Assembly (NCBI GenBank): GCA_963720545.1
Contig: OY970399.1
Location: forward strand, 3,584,001-3,648,000
Length of the DNA stretch: 64,000 nt
Source: an uncultured Acidobacteriota bacterium
GTDB taxonomy: Bacteria; Acidobacteriota; Vicinamibacteria; Fen-336
Direction of reading: 5' to 3'
The stretch's first letter is position 1, and each line of letters begins with the position of its first letter. The notes below the pieces were generated by a model, which was not told the origin of the DNA, ran no database searches, and saw only the letters and a program-made list of their open reading frames with translations. The position numbers and the translations under genes were made by a program. This document shows positions 18,298 through 28,228 of the stretch, one piece after another.

Positions 18298-19674
18298 TTA
18301 GCCCAGGTTGAACATCACCATGCGGAGGTTGGTCATTTCTTCGACGGCGAAGCGGACGCCTTCGCGGCCGATGCCGCTGATGCCGTTGCCGCCGTACGGC
18401 ATGTGGTCGGCGCGCCAGGTGGAGGTTTCGTTGACCATCACGCCGCCCATGTCCAGCCTGCGGATCGCCTTCCACGCCTTGTCGATGTCGCGCGTGTAGA
18501 TGCCCGCCTGCAGGCCGTACGCGGTGTCGCCCATGAGGCGCAGCGCCTCGTCGAAGTCGCTGTAGGTCATCACCGAGACGATCGGCGCGAACACCTCGTC
18601 GCAGACGACCTTCATCGCGGCGGTCGTGTGCGTGAGGATCGTCGGGTGCAGCACGGCGCCTTCGAGCTTGCCGCCGAGCGCCACCGTCGCGCCGGCCTTC
18701 TCTGCTTCACCGATCCACTCGTGGGCGCGTTTAGCGGCTTCCTTGCTGATCATCGGGCCGACGTCGGTCGACGCCTCCGCGGGATTGCCGACCACGAGCT
18801 TCCTCGTCTGCGCCACCAGCCCGTCGAGGAATTGCGCCGCGACCGCTTCGTGGACGTACAACCGCTGCACGCTGATGCAGGACTGGCCCGACTGGCCGAA
18901 AGCCGACGTCACGCAGCGCGGGATCGCCTTCGCGAGGTCGGCATCGGCTTCGATGATGGTGCCCGAGTTGTTGCCGAGTTCGAGGCTCACCTTCTTGAGG
19001 CCGGCGATGCCGAGGATGCGCTCGCCGACCACCGGCGAGCCGGTGAACGAGACGCGGGCCGGCACCTTGTCGCGCACCAGCGCCTCGCCGACCTCGGCGC
19101 CGGCGCCGTGCAGCAGCGTGAGCACGCCGTCGGGCAGCCCGGAGTCGGCGAGCAGTTCCGCGAGGCGCACGGCCGTCAGCGGCGTGCGCTCGGCTGGTTT
19201 CAGCACCACGGTGTTGCCTGCTGCGAGCGCCGGACCCAGCTTGTGGGCGACGAGGTTCAGCGGAAAGTTGAAGGGCGTGATGGCGGCGACCACTCCCACC
19301 GGAGTGCGCAGGTAGAAACCCATGCGGTTCTCGCCTGCGTTCGATGCGTCGAGCGGGATGGTCTCGCCGTGGATGCGCTTCGCTTCCTCGGCCGAGAACG
19401 TGAACGTCTCGATGCCGCGCGCCACTTCCGCGGCGGCGAACTTGAGCGCCTTGCCCGACTCGCGCGCGATCGTCTTCGCGAGCGAATCCTTGTCGGCTTC
19501 GATGGCGCGCGCGGTCGCGAGCAGGACGGCGGCGCGGCGGTGCGCGGGCGTCCCGGACCAGGCGACAAATGCGTCTTTGGCGCGGCGAGTTGCGGCGGGA
19601 ACGTCGGCAGCGGAACAGCCAGGAACGCTGCCGATTTCCTCGCCAGTGTACTTGTCGAGAACGGGAATGTTCAC
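18298..19674 (-). CDS. Aldehyde dehydrogenase family protein
   Basis: ITPFNFPL, LKPAERTP, FTGS, LELG, catalytic Cys in GQSCIS, EVFAP. Confidence 0.92.
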   Translation of the reverse strand: MNIPVLDKYTGEEIGSVPGCSAADVPAATRRAKDAFVAWSGTPAHRRAAVLLATARAIEADKDSLAKTIARESGKALKFAAAEVARGIETFTFSAEEAKRIHGETIPLDASNAGENRMGFYLRTPVGVVAAITPFNFPLNLVAHKLGPALAAGNTVVLKPAERTPLTAVRLAELLADSGLPDGVLTLLHGAGAEVGEALVRDKVPARVSFTGSPVVGERILGIAGLKKVSLELGNNSGTIIEADADLAKAIPRCVTSAFGQSGQSCISVQRLYVHEAVAAQFLDGLVAQTRKLVVGNPAEASTDVGPMISKEAAKRAHEWIGEAEKAGATVALGGKLEGAVLHPTILTHTTAAMKVVCDEVFAPIVSVMTYSDFDEALRLMGDTAYGLQAGIYTRDIDKAWKAIRRLDMGGVMVNETSTWRADHMPYGGNGISGIGREGVRFAVEEMTNLRMVMFNLG

Positions 19675-19721
19675 TGCCGAATGTTACTGTTACTGTAGGA
19701 ATTGGCGAAGGAGGAGGACGG

Positions 19722-21137
19722 ATGGCGAAGCCGGAGTCGAACGGTCACGTCGCTGAGGCGCTTGGCTACGCGAGGGCGCACTACGAAGACTTCAAGCGCA
19801 CGCTCGTCGAGCTGAGCCGCATCCCGAGCGTGTCGGCGGAAGGCTTCCCGCCGGCCGAGGTGAAGCGTTCGGCGGAAGGCATCGCCAGGGCGCTGCGCGA
19901 CATCGGCATCGAGAACGTGGACGTCCTCGAGATCCCCGACGCCCATCCTTATGTATATGGCGACTGGCTGCATGCCCCCGGCAAACCGACGCTCCTCCTC
20001 TACGGACATCACGACATCCAGCCGCCCGGCCGTCCCGAGAAGTGGCTGTCGCCGCCCTACGAACCCACCGAACGCAACGGCCGCCTCTATGGCCGCGGCA
20101 CCGCCGACGACAAGGGCGGCGTCATGCTGCACGTCGCGGCGGTCGCCTCGTACCTGAAGTCGGGCGGCACGCTGCCGTGCAACGTGAAGTTCGTGATCGA
20201 GGGCGAGGAAGAGATCGGCTCGGAGAACCTGAGCCGCTTCCTCGCGAAGTATCGCGGCATGATGGCGGCCGACTTCATCGTGCTCTCCGACACCGCCAAC
20301 TTCGACACCGGCATTCCCGCGCTCACTTATCAACTGCGCGGCATCGTGCAGGTGGACCTCGAGGTGAAGGTGCTGAACCAGCCGGTGCACAGCGGCATGT
20401 GGGGCGGCCCGGTGCCCGACCCGGTGCAGATCATGGCCAAGCTCATCGCGGACCTCACCGCGAAGGACGGCTCGCTCAACATCCCCGGGATCTACAAGCA
20501 GGTGGCGAAGCCGTCGAAGAAGCAGACGGCGCGCATCCGCAAGCTGCCCTTCAAGGAAGACAAGTTCAAGAAGGAAGCGGGCATGCAAAAGGGCATGAAG
20601 CTCGCCGGCGAGAAGGGCTATTCCACGTACGAGAAGATCTGGACGCGCCCGTCCCTCACGGTGATCGCGAGCGAGTCGCACGAGTTCGCCGGCTCGTCGA
20701 ACCAGATCGTCGATTCGGCGCGCGCGCGCCTGTCGCTGCGCACGGTGCCCAACATGGACGGGCCCGCCGCCGGCGCGCTTCTGGTGAAGAAGCTGACGAA
20801 GAACCCGCCGTACGGCGCAACCGTCACGGCGGTGGTGAACGGGTCGACGCCCTGGTGGACGACCGACCCCGAAGGGCCGGCCTTCGAGGCGGCGCGACGC
20901 GCTCTCAAGGCCGGGTTCGGCAAGGAAACCGCCATGATCGGAGCGGGGGGTTCGATCGGGTTCGTGCAGCCCTTCTCCGACATGCTCGGCGGGGCGCCGT
21001 GCCTGCTCATGGGCGTCGAGGATCCGGCGTGCAACGCACATTCGGAGAACGAGAGCCTTCATTTGGGAGACTGGAAAAAATGTATCGATTCCGCCATTCA
21101 TATGTACGACGAGCTGTCACGCGTACCCGTAAAGTGA
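19722..21137 (+). CDS. M20 family metallo-dipeptidase
   Basis: YGHHDIQP, GRGTADDKG, EGEEEIGS, NAHSENE; GGAGG RBS. Confidence 0.92.
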   Translation: MAKPESNGHVAEALGYARAHYEDFKRTLVELSRIPSVSAEGFPPAEVKRSAEGIARALRDIGIENVDVLEIPDAHPYVYGDWLHAPGKPTLLLYGHHDIQPPGRPEKWLSPPYEPTERNGRLYGRGTADDKGGVMLHVAAVASYLKSGGTLPCNVKFVIEGEEEIGSENLSRFLAKYRGMMAADFIVLSDTANFDTGIPALTYQLRGIVQVDLEVKVLNQPVHSGMWGGPVPDPVQIMAKLIADLTAKDGSLNIPGIYKQVAKPSKKQTARIRKLPFKEDKFKKEAGMQKGMKLAGEKGYSTYEKIWTRPSLTVIASESHEFAGSSNQIVDSARARLSLRTVPNMDGPAAGALLVKKLTKNPPYGATVTAVVNGSTPWWTTDPEGPAFEAARRALKAGFGKETAMIGAGGSIGFVQPFSDMLGGAPCLLMGVEDPACNAHSENESLHLGDWKKCIDSAIHMYDELSRVPVK

Positions 21138-21844
21138 AATCCGCGGGGCTCGCGCTCGCCGCGACGCTGCTGCTGGGCGCAGTTGCGCCGATGAGCGCCG
21201 TTGCCGACGACCAGGAAGAAAAAGTCGCGAAGCGGCTGGAAAACAGCGCGCTGGTTGTGAAGGAAGTGATGGGCATCCCCGAGAACGTGCCGCGCGACCT
21301 GCTCGACAAGGCCGAGTGCGTGGCAGTCATTCCCGGCGTCATCAAGGCGGCGTTCGGCATCGGCGGACGCTGGGGGCGCGGCGCCGCGGTGTGCCGCACC
21401 GATGGCGGCACCGGCGCGTGGGGAGCGCCGCTCATGATCAGCATCGGCGGCGGCAGCTTCGGCTTCCAGATCGGCGGCCAGTCGTCAGACGTGGTGTTCC
21501 TGATCATGAACCCGAAGGGCATCGACAAGCTCATTGAAAGCCAGTTCACGCTCGGAGCCGATGCGTCGGTGGCGGCGGGCCCGAAGGGGCGGACGCTCGA
21601 AGCGGCGACCGACATCCAGATGCACGCCGAGATCCTCACGTACTCGCGCAGCCGCGGCATCTTCGCGGGCATCTCGCTCGAGGGCGCGGTGGTGAAGCAG
21701 GATGTCGATGCGAACGTCGAGCTGTACGGCGCCAGGGTGGACCCGAAGGACCTGTTGATGCGCGCCGGGCAGCTGGTGCCGGCGCCGGCTCAGGCCCTCG
21801 TCGAACAGTTGCAGACGCTGTCGCCGAAGCACGCCGACAACTAG
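21134..21844 (+). CDS. Lipid-binding SYLF/Ysc84 domain protein (secreted)
   Basis: GTGA overlap start; GGGSFGFQIGGQSSD, YSRSRGIFAGISLEG. Confidence 0.88.
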   Translation: MKSAGLALAATLLLGAVAPMSAVADDQEEKVAKRLENSALVVKEVMGIPENVPRDLLDKAECVAVIPGVIKAAFGIGGRWGRGAAVCRTDGGTGAWGAPLMISIGGGSFGFQIGGQSSDVVFLIMNPKGIDKLIESQFTLGADASVAAGPKGRTLEAATDIQMHAEILTYSRSRGIFAGISLEGAVVKQDVDANVELYGARVDPKDLLMRAGQLVPAPAQALVEQLQTLSPKHADN

Positions 21845-23172
21845 GGTGCTGTGGCGGCCGCCTCACGGCCGGCCGCCACGTCCACCTTCGCAAGGAGCGC
21901 GCCGCCGGCGACGAAGAAGCCGACGAGCGCCAGGATCGCAAGCCGCCCCGAGCCGGTGACGGTGGTAGCGAGCGCGAACATCGCCGGGCCGAGGATCCCC
22001 GAGACCCGGTCGAAGACACCGTAGAAGCCGAAGAATTCGGACGAGCGGTGCGGTGGGGTGAGCGACGCGAACAGCGACCGGCTGAGCGCCTGGGTGCCGC
22101 CCTGCACCATGCCGAGCAGCACCGCGAGCAGGTAGAAGTCGCGCGCGTTCTGCATGCCATAACCGACGAACGCAATGGCGGTGTAGCCAAAGAGCCCGAC
22201 GAAGATCGCGCGCTTCGCGCCGACGCGCCGCGCGAGGGCGCCAAAGAGCAGCGAGCAGGGCACGCCGATCACCTGCACCAGCAGCACCGCACCGATCAGT
22301 GACGAGGTGGGAATGCCAAGCTCCGAACCGTAGGTCGTGCCAAGGCGGATGATGGTGCTGATGCCGTCGTTGTAGAGGACTACCGCCAGCAGCACCAGCA
22401 GCGCCTGGCGGTAGCGGCGGATCTCGTGGAAGGTGGTGCGCAGGCGCAGGAACGCGGCGCGCAGCGCCGGCTCGGCCGGCGACTCGCCAGGGATCATTCT
22501 GCGCAGCGGTTCCTCGATGCGCCGCAGGAAGGGAATGGCGAAGAGCGCCCACCAGACCGCGGCCGACAGGAACGAGAGGCGCGTTGCCATCTCGACGCTG
22601 GCGATGCCGAAGCGCTGCGGCGCACTGATCCAGGCGAGGTTGAGCGCCAGCAGCAGGCCGCCGGAAATGTAGCCGAGCGCGAACCCCGTGGTGGCGAGCT
22701 GGTCGCCGCGCTCGCCCTGGGCGAGGTGCGGCAGGAACGACTCGTAGAAGACCAGCGTGCCGGTTACCCCGGCGTTTGCCAGCAGCAGCAGGCAAGCGCC
22801 CCACAGCCAGTCGCCAGTGGAAACCGTGACGAGCAGCGCCGTGGGGATCACGCCCAGCGCCAGGAAGAGGGCGAAGAAACGCTTCTTCCAGCCCGCGTGG
22901 TCGGCAAGCGCGCCGAGCAGCGGCGCCAGGATCGCAACGACCAGCGCGGCGGCGGCGGTGGTCCAGGCATAGAGGCTCGTCGCCTCGCCCGGCGGCCGGC
23001 CGGAAGCGGCGACCTTGACGAAGTAGATGGGGAAGATCTGCAGCACGGTCGTGTAGTAGACGGAGTTGGCCCAGTCGTACATCGCCCAGGCGCGCAGCTC
23101 CGTGCGGTGCAGCTGCAGCCGCTCGAGCAGTCCCGCCCGCGGCTGCCGCGCCGACTCCTGGCTCATCGCCAT
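21841..23172 (-). CDS. MFS transporter, UMF1/Atg22-like
   Basis: AWAMYDWANS, GGTQALSRS, EFFGFY; multiple TM helices. Confidence 0.88.
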   Translation of the reverse strand: MAMSQESARQPRAGLLERLQLHRTELRAWAMYDWANSVYYTTVLQIFPIYFVKVAASGRPPGEATSLYAWTTAAAALVVAILAPLLGALADHAGWKKRFFALFLALGVIPTALLVTVSTGDWLWGACLLLLANAGVTGTLVFYESFLPHLAQGERGDQLATTGFALGYISGGLLLALNLAWISAPQRFGIASVEMATRLSFLSAAVWWALFAIPFLRRIEEPLRRMIPGESPAEPALRAAFLRLRTTFHEIRRYRQALLVLLAVVLYNDGISTIIRLGTTYGSELGIPTSSLIGAVLLVQVIGVPCSLLFGALARRVGAKRAIFVGLFGYTAIAFVGYGMQNARDFYLLAVLLGMVQGGTQALSRSLFASLTPPHRSSEFFGFYGVFDRVSGILGPAMFALATTVTGSGRLAILALVGFFVAGGALLAKVDVAAGREAAATAP

Positions 23173-23175
23173 CGT

Positions 23176-24693
23176 CTAGCGGCTGAGGCCGTGCTCGAGC
23201 AGGAACGCCTGCGCCACTTCGTGCGGCGAACGGTGGTCGCGGTCTACGGCAAGGTTCAGCCGGCGCATCGCGGCGTCGTCGATGCGGCCCTCGAGACTCG
23301 CGAGCACCTCGCGCACCCCCGGCTGCTGCATGCTGCGCGCGTGGTTGAAGATTGCGACCGCGTCGTAGGGCGGGAAGTAGCCGCGGTCGTCGGCGAGCAC
23401 CACCAGCCCCAGCGCATCGATCAGGCCGTCGGTGGCGCTGCCCACCACCACGTCCACCTGCCGCTCCGCGAGCGAGCGATACAGGAGGCCGAGGTCCATC
23501 TCGCGCGGCGCCGTGCCGAAGCGGAAGCCGTAGTGGCGCAGCAGGCCGTTCATGCCGTCGTCGCGTTCGAGGAACTCGCCGAACAGGCCGACGCGCAAGG
23601 TCGCCGCCTTTGCAGCCAGGTCGGAGATGCGGCGCAGCCCGGTGTCGGGGCGGGTAACGAGCGCGAAGGTGTTGTTGAATCCGAGCGGCGCGCCGACCTC
23701 GAGGCCGAGCGGCGCATAGCCGTCGCGCACCACGTCGAGAACGGCGGCCCGGTCGGAGAGCGTCGGCCTCTTCAAGACGTCCTTGAGCGCGGTGCCGGTG
23801 TACTCGTAGTACACGTCGATCTGCCCGGTGCGCACCGCCTGGTGGCACAGGCTGGTGCCGCCGAGGTTGAGCCGCCGGTCGACGCGAAAGCCGCGGCTCT
23901 CGAGCAGGGTGGACGCGAGCTCGCCGAGGATCACCTGCTCGGTGAAGTTCTTGGTGCCGACCACCACCTTCGGCCGCTCGTCGTGGGCACGTTCGCGCGC
24001 GATGCCCCACCAGGCCAGGCTGACGGCAATGACGCCCAGCACGGCGAGCAGCGTTGCCCGCGGCCGCTTCTCGCCGCGGCCGAGGAGTGCGTCGAGCCCG
24101 ATCGCCATGAGTGCTGACGGGATGGCGCCGGCAAGGATGAGCCGCGCGTCCACCGTGGCGATGCCGCGGAAGATGTAGGTGCCCAGGCCGCCCGCGCCAA
24201 TTGCCGCGGCGATGGTGGCGGTGCCGACCGCCGCCACCGTGGCGAGTCGCAGGCCGGCCACGATGAACGGCGCCGCCAGCGGCAGCTCCACCCGGAACAG
24301 GCGCTGCATGTCGGTCATACCCAGCGCCGTCGCCGCTTCCACCACCGCGCGGTCCACGCCGCGGATGCCGGTGTAGGTGTTGCGCAGGATCGGCAGCAGG
24401 CTGTAGAGCACCAGCGCCACCACGGCAGTGCGTGCGCCGATGCCGCCCAGGAACGGCAGCGGGATGAGGAAGCCGAAGAGCGCCAGGCTCGGGATCGTCT
24501 GGAAGATGTTGGCGAGCGCCAGCATCGGGCGAGGCAGCGACGGCCGGCGCGTCATCAGCACGCCGAGCGGGATGGCGATGGCCGCGGCTGCGCCCACCGC
24601 GAGCACCACCAGCCCGAGGTGCTGCGCGGCGAGGTATGCGAGTTCGGTGCGGCGCTCGGCAAGGAACGAGGCGAAGGCGCGCAGTGAGTTCAT
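23176..24693 (-). CDS. Osmoprotectant-type ABC transporter, fused permease + substrate-binding domain
   Basis: QTIPSLALFG, EAA loop (EAATALGMT), GTKNFTEQ, EYTGT, FPPYDA. Confidence 0.9.
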   Translation of the reverse strand: MNSLRAFASFLAERRTELAYLAAQHLGLVVLAVGAAAAIAIPLGVLMTRRPSLPRPMLALANIFQTIPSLALFGFLIPLPFLGGIGARTAVVALVLYSLLPILRNTYTGIRGVDRAVVEAATALGMTDMQRLFRVELPLAAPFIVAGLRLATVAAVGTATIAAAIGAGGLGTYIFRGIATVDARLILAGAIPSALMAIGLDALLGRGEKRPRATLLAVLGVIAVSLAWWGIARERAHDERPKVVVGTKNFTEQVILGELASTLLESRGFRVDRRLNLGGTSLCHQAVRTGQIDVYYEYTGTALKDVLKRPTLSDRAAVLDVVRDGYAPLGLEVGAPLGFNNTFALVTRPDTGLRRISDLAAKAATLRVGLFGEFLERDDGMNGLLRHYGFRFGTAPREMDLGLLYRSLAERQVDVVVGSATDGLIDALGLVVLADDRGYFPPYDAVAIFNHARSMQQPGVREVLASLEGRIDDAAMRRLNLAVDRDHRSPHEVAQAFLLEHGLSR

Positions 24694-25439
24694 GAACGGT
24701 CCAGCGCGGCGTTCACGAGGTCGGCGACGAAGCCGGGGGCGGGTCGCTCACGCACCTCCTGCGGTGTTCCCAGCTGCAGCAGCCGCCCTGCGTCCATCAC
24801 CGCAACCAGGTCGGCGAGCCGGAAGGCTTCCGGCAGGTCGTGGGTCACGAGCACCACCGTCTTGCGCAGCCGCCGGCGCAGCGCGGCGAATTCGTCCTGC
24901 AGGCGACGGCGGGTGAGCGCGTCCACCGCGGAGAACGGCTCGTCCATCAGCACCAGCGGTGGATCGGCGCCCAGGGCGCGCGCGATGCCGACGCGCTGGC
25001 GCTGTCCGCCCGAAAGTTCGGCGGGCCGTCGCGTCTCGAACTCGGCTGCCGGCAGGCCCACGAGGTCGAGCAGCTCGCGGCGTCGCGCGCGCCGCTTCTC
25101 GAGCGGCCAATCCAGGAGGCTCGGCACCAGGTCCACGTTGTCGCCAACGCTCAGGTGCGGCAGCAGGCCGACATCCTGGATGACGTAGCCGATGCCGCGG
25201 CGCAGCTTGACAGGGTCGATGGTCGAGACGTCGACACCGCCCACCAGCACCGTGCCGCTGTCGGGCGTCACCAGCCGGTTGATCGAGCGCAGCGCCGTGG
25301 TCTTGCCCGAGCCGCTGGTGCCGACGAGGGCAAGCAGCGCGCCCTCGGCGACGCTGAAGGAGACGTCGTCCAGTGCCCGCCTGCCGCCGGCGAACGTCCT
25401 GGTGACGCTCCGCAGCTCGACGGCCGCCGGTTCGTTCAC
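24690..25439 (-). CDS. Osmoprotectant-type ABC transporter ATP-binding subunit
   Basis: GTSGSGKTT, LSGGQRQR, LMDEPF, VTHD. Confidence 0.92.
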   Translation of the reverse strand: MNEPAAVELRSVTRTFAGGRRALDDVSFSVAEGALLALVGTSGSGKTTALRSINRLVTPDSGTVLVGGVDVSTIDPVKLRRGIGYVIQDVGLLPHLSVGDNVDLVPSLLDWPLEKRRARRRELLDLVGLPAAEFETRRPAELSGGQRQRVGIARALGADPPLVLMDEPFSAVDALTRRRLQDEFAALRRRLRKTVVLVTHDLPEAFRLADLVAVMDAGRLLQLGTPQEVRERPAPGFVADLVNAALDRS

Positions 25440-25452
25440 TTGTCGGCAGCCC

Positions 25453-26091
25453 TCAGGCGGAGGCGGCGCCCTTTGCGGAGTGGCGGTCCTTGAGCCACAT
25501 GATGAAGCCCGGCACCAGGGACAGGCCGACGACGATGGCCACGACCAGGTGGATGTTCTTCTCGATGTCGGGGATCGCGTGGCCGAGGAAAAAGCCGGTG
25601 AGCGTCATGCTCATCACCCAAAGCACCGCGCCGGTGATGTTGTAGAGCGCGAACCTGCGATAGGTCATGGTGCCGATCCCGGCAACCACCGGCGCGAAGG
25701 TGCGCACGATCGGCATGAAGCGCGCGATGATGATGGTCTTGCCGCCGTGCTTCTCGTAGAACTCGTGGGTCTTCACCAGGTGCTCGCGGCGGAAGAAGAA
25801 CGAATTCGGGCGGTTGAACAGCGCCTTGCCGGTGCGAAACCCGATCCAGTAGCCGGTCGCGTCGCCGACGATGGCGGCCGCGATCAGCGCGGCGTTGAGC
25901 CACCAGATGTTGAGCGCGCCGCGCGCGGCGAAGATGCCGGCGGTGATGAGCAGCGAGTCGCCCGGCAGGAAGAAGCCCACCATCAGCCCGGTTTCGGCGA
26001 ACACGATGAGGATGAGGCCGAGCATGCCGCCGAAGCGGATCAGCTCCGGGACGTTGTAGATGGTGCGGAAGAACGACTGGATCAGTTCCAA
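25453..26091 (-). CDS. DedA/VTT domain membrane protein
   Basis: FAETGL..FFLPGDSLL, ARFMPIVRTFAP; probable TTG start. Confidence 0.88.
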   Translation of the reverse strand: MELIQSFFRTIYNVPELIRFGGMLGLILIVFAETGLMVGFFLPGDSLLITAGIFAARGALNIWWLNAALIAAAIVGDATGYWIGFRTGKALFNRPNSFFFRREHLVKTHEFYEKHGGKTIIIARFMPIVRTFAPVVAGIGTMTYRRFALYNITGAVLWVMSMTLTGFFLGHAIPDIEKNIHLVVAIVVGLSLVPGFIMWLKDRHSAKGAASA

Positions 26092-26107
26092 CGAAGCAGG
26101 CCGCGCC

Positions 26108-26569
26108 CTAGGAGAGCCTGGCGATCTGCGCCAGCAGTTCGTCGTTGCTGCGGCTGTCGCCGAGCTGGTCCTCGACATGCGTCCAGGCGATCTTGCCCTG
26201 CTTGTCGATGAGGAAGTAGGCGCGCTTGGTGAAGAAAGCATCCTCGTCGAGGACGCCGTAGGCACGGCCGACATCGCGCTTGAAATCGGACGCCAGCTCG
26301 TGCGACATGCGGTGCTTCGCCTTCCATTCCTTGAGCGATGGCACCGAGTCGACGCTGATCGGAATCACGACGGTGCTCGCGTTCTCGAACCGCGAGTACT
26401 CGTCCGAGAAAGAGTTGTTCTGGGCCGTGCAGGTTGAGGTGAAGGCCAGCGGGAAGAAGGCGAGCAGCACGTTCTTGCTGCCCTTGAACTGGCTGAGGCT
26501 GACGGTCTCGCCGGATGTCGACTTCGCCGTGAAGTCGGGGGCATCCTGCCCGATGGTCGGTTCGTTCAT
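26108..26569 (-). CDS. Peroxiredoxin (AhpE-like, 1-Cys)
   Basis: APDF, FFPLAFTSTC (PxxxTxxC), RAYFLID. Confidence 0.85.
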   Translation of the reverse strand: MNEPTIGQDAPDFTAKSTSGETVSLSQFKGSKNVLLAFFPLAFTSTCTAQNNSFSDEYSRFENASTVVIPISVDSVPSLKEWKAKHRMSHELASDFKRDVGRAYGVLDEDAFFTKRAYFLIDKQGKIAWTHVEDQLGDSRSNDELLAQIARLS

Positions 26570-26636
26570 GGGCATCAAGGGTACTGGCGGCACGGTCGCG
26601 GGGTCAAACCGCCGGCCGGTGTAGCCTAGAAGGGTC

Positions 26637-26918
26637 ATGACACAACCTGTTGGCGATCCGAAAGAACTCGGCCGCAACGATCCCTGCCACTGCGGCTCGA
26701 AGAAAAAGTACAAGCAGTGCCACCTCGCGAAGGACGAAGAAGCGGCCCGCAAGGCGCGCGCCGCGGCGGCTTCGGCAGCGGCTGCCGCCGAGCCCGAGGC
26801 AGCCGAGGAAGACAAGAAGACCGGCCCGGCGCCGAAGAAGCAGAGCTTCCAGCCATGGCAGGGCCGCGCCGACACGCGCGGCTTCCAGAAGAAGAACTTC
26901 CAGCGCAAGTCCGGCTGA
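26637..26918 (+). CDS. SEC-C metal-binding motif small protein
   Basis: GRNDPCHCGSKKKYKQCH. Confidence 0.85.
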   Translation: MTQPVGDPKELGRNDPCHCGSKKKYKQCHLAKDEEAARKARAAAASAAAAAEPEAAEEDKKTGPAPKKQSFQPWQGRADTRGFQKKNFQRKSG

Positions 26919-26960
26919 CGCGCCGCAGCCTCCGGCCGCCAGCAACCTCATGGCAATGAA

Positions 26961-27890
26961 GTGAGCGGTCCTGCGCCTGCGCCTGCGACGATGAAGCTCC
27001 TCGCCGCTTTCGCGGCGATCTACTTCCTCTGGGGCTCGAACTTCCTCGCCATCCGCTACGCGGCGGAAGCGATGCCGCCCTTCCTGATGATGGGCGTCCG
27101 CTGTTTGATCGCCGGCTCGATCCTGTACGCATGGGCACGCTTCAAGGAAGGCGCGCGGGCGCAGCCGGGGCAGTGGCGGCCGGCGTGGTCGGTCGGCACG
27201 CTGCTGTTCCTCGGATGCCACGGCCTGCTGGCGTGGGCCGAACAGACGGTGCCGTCGGGCATCGCCGCGCTGGTGCTCGCCACCATTCCCGTGTGGCTGA
27301 CGATCCTCGACTGGGCGAGCGGTGGCGTGCGGCCGGCCTGGCAGGCGATGCTCGGGCTGGTGCTCGGGTTTGCGGGGTTGGCGGTGCTGGTCTCCGCGCG
27401 CTCGCCCGCGGCCGGCGGCCTCGCCCTGCCGCTCGCCGGGACGCTGGTGCTGATGCTGAGCGCCTTCTGCTGGGCGGCCGGCTCCATCCTCTCGCGCCGG
27501 GTGTCGGTGCCCGAGAACCTGGTCCTGTCGAGCGGCATGCAGCTGCTCGCGGGCGGCGTGTCGCTGGTGGCCTTCGGCATGGCGATCGGCGAACCGGAGA
27601 GCGTGCACGCCGCGAGCTTCGCGCTCCGCGGCATCCTGGGCTTCGCGTACATGATCGTGTTCTCGTCGCTGATCGGCTTCACCGCCTACATGTGGCTGCT
27701 GCGGGTCTCGACGCCGACGCTCGTCGGCACCTACGCCTTCGTCAACCCGGTGGTGGCGCTGTTCGTCGGCTGGGCATTCGCCGGAGAGCCGCTCACCGCG
27801 CGCACGCTGCTCGCGACCTTCATCATCGTGGCGGGTGTCGCTATCATAGTGAGCACGCGCAAGCCGGCAGCAAAGGAGACGAAAGCATGA
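26961..27890 (+). CDS. EamA/DMT family transporter
   Basis: IYFLWGSNF, YAFVNPVVA; about 10 TM helices. Confidence 0.88.
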   Translation: MSGPAPAPATMKLLAAFAAIYFLWGSNFLAIRYAAEAMPPFLMMGVRCLIAGSILYAWARFKEGARAQPGQWRPAWSVGTLLFLGCHGLLAWAEQTVPSGIAALVLATIPVWLTILDWASGGVRPAWQAMLGLVLGFAGLAVLVSARSPAAGGLALPLAGTLVLMLSAFCWAAGSILSRRVSVPENLVLSSGMQLLAGGVSLVAFGMAIGEPESVHAASFALRGILGFAYMIVFSSLIGFTAYMWLLRVSTPTLVGTYAFVNPVVALFVGWAFAGEPLTARTLLATFIIVAGVAIIVSTRKPAAKETKA

Positions 27891-28204
27891 TCGCGCGCCA
27901 ATGGAAGGGCCGAACCAGGCCGGAGCGGGCGGCTGAGTACCTCGAGTACCTGCAGGAAACGGGCGTCGCCGAGTGCCGCAAGACGCCCGGCAACCTGGGC
28001 GTCCGCATCCTGACCCGCACCGAAGGCGGCGCCGCTGAGTTCCTCTTCGTCTCCCTGTGGGAATCCTGGGACGCGATCCGGCGCTTTGCCGGCGACACAC
28101 CCGAGACCGCGGTCTACTACCCGAAGGACCGGGAATTCCTGCTCGAGCTCGAGCCGCGGGTCGAGCACTTCGAGGTGGCCGTGGACATCCACGCGCAGCG
28201 CTGA
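27887..28204 (+). CDS. Antibiotic biosynthesis monooxygenase-like (dimeric alpha-beta barrel) protein
   Basis: ATGA overlap, AAGGAG RBS; MIARQWKG..PGNLG..SLWES..I..FAG. Confidence 0.8.
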   Translation: MIARQWKGRTRPERAAEYLEYLQETGVAECRKTPGNLGVRILTRTEGGAAEFLFVSLWESWDAIRRFAGDTPETAVYYPKDREFLLELEPRVEHFEVAVDIHAQR

Positions 28205-28228
28205 GCCGCCTGCAACCCTGAGGCACCG

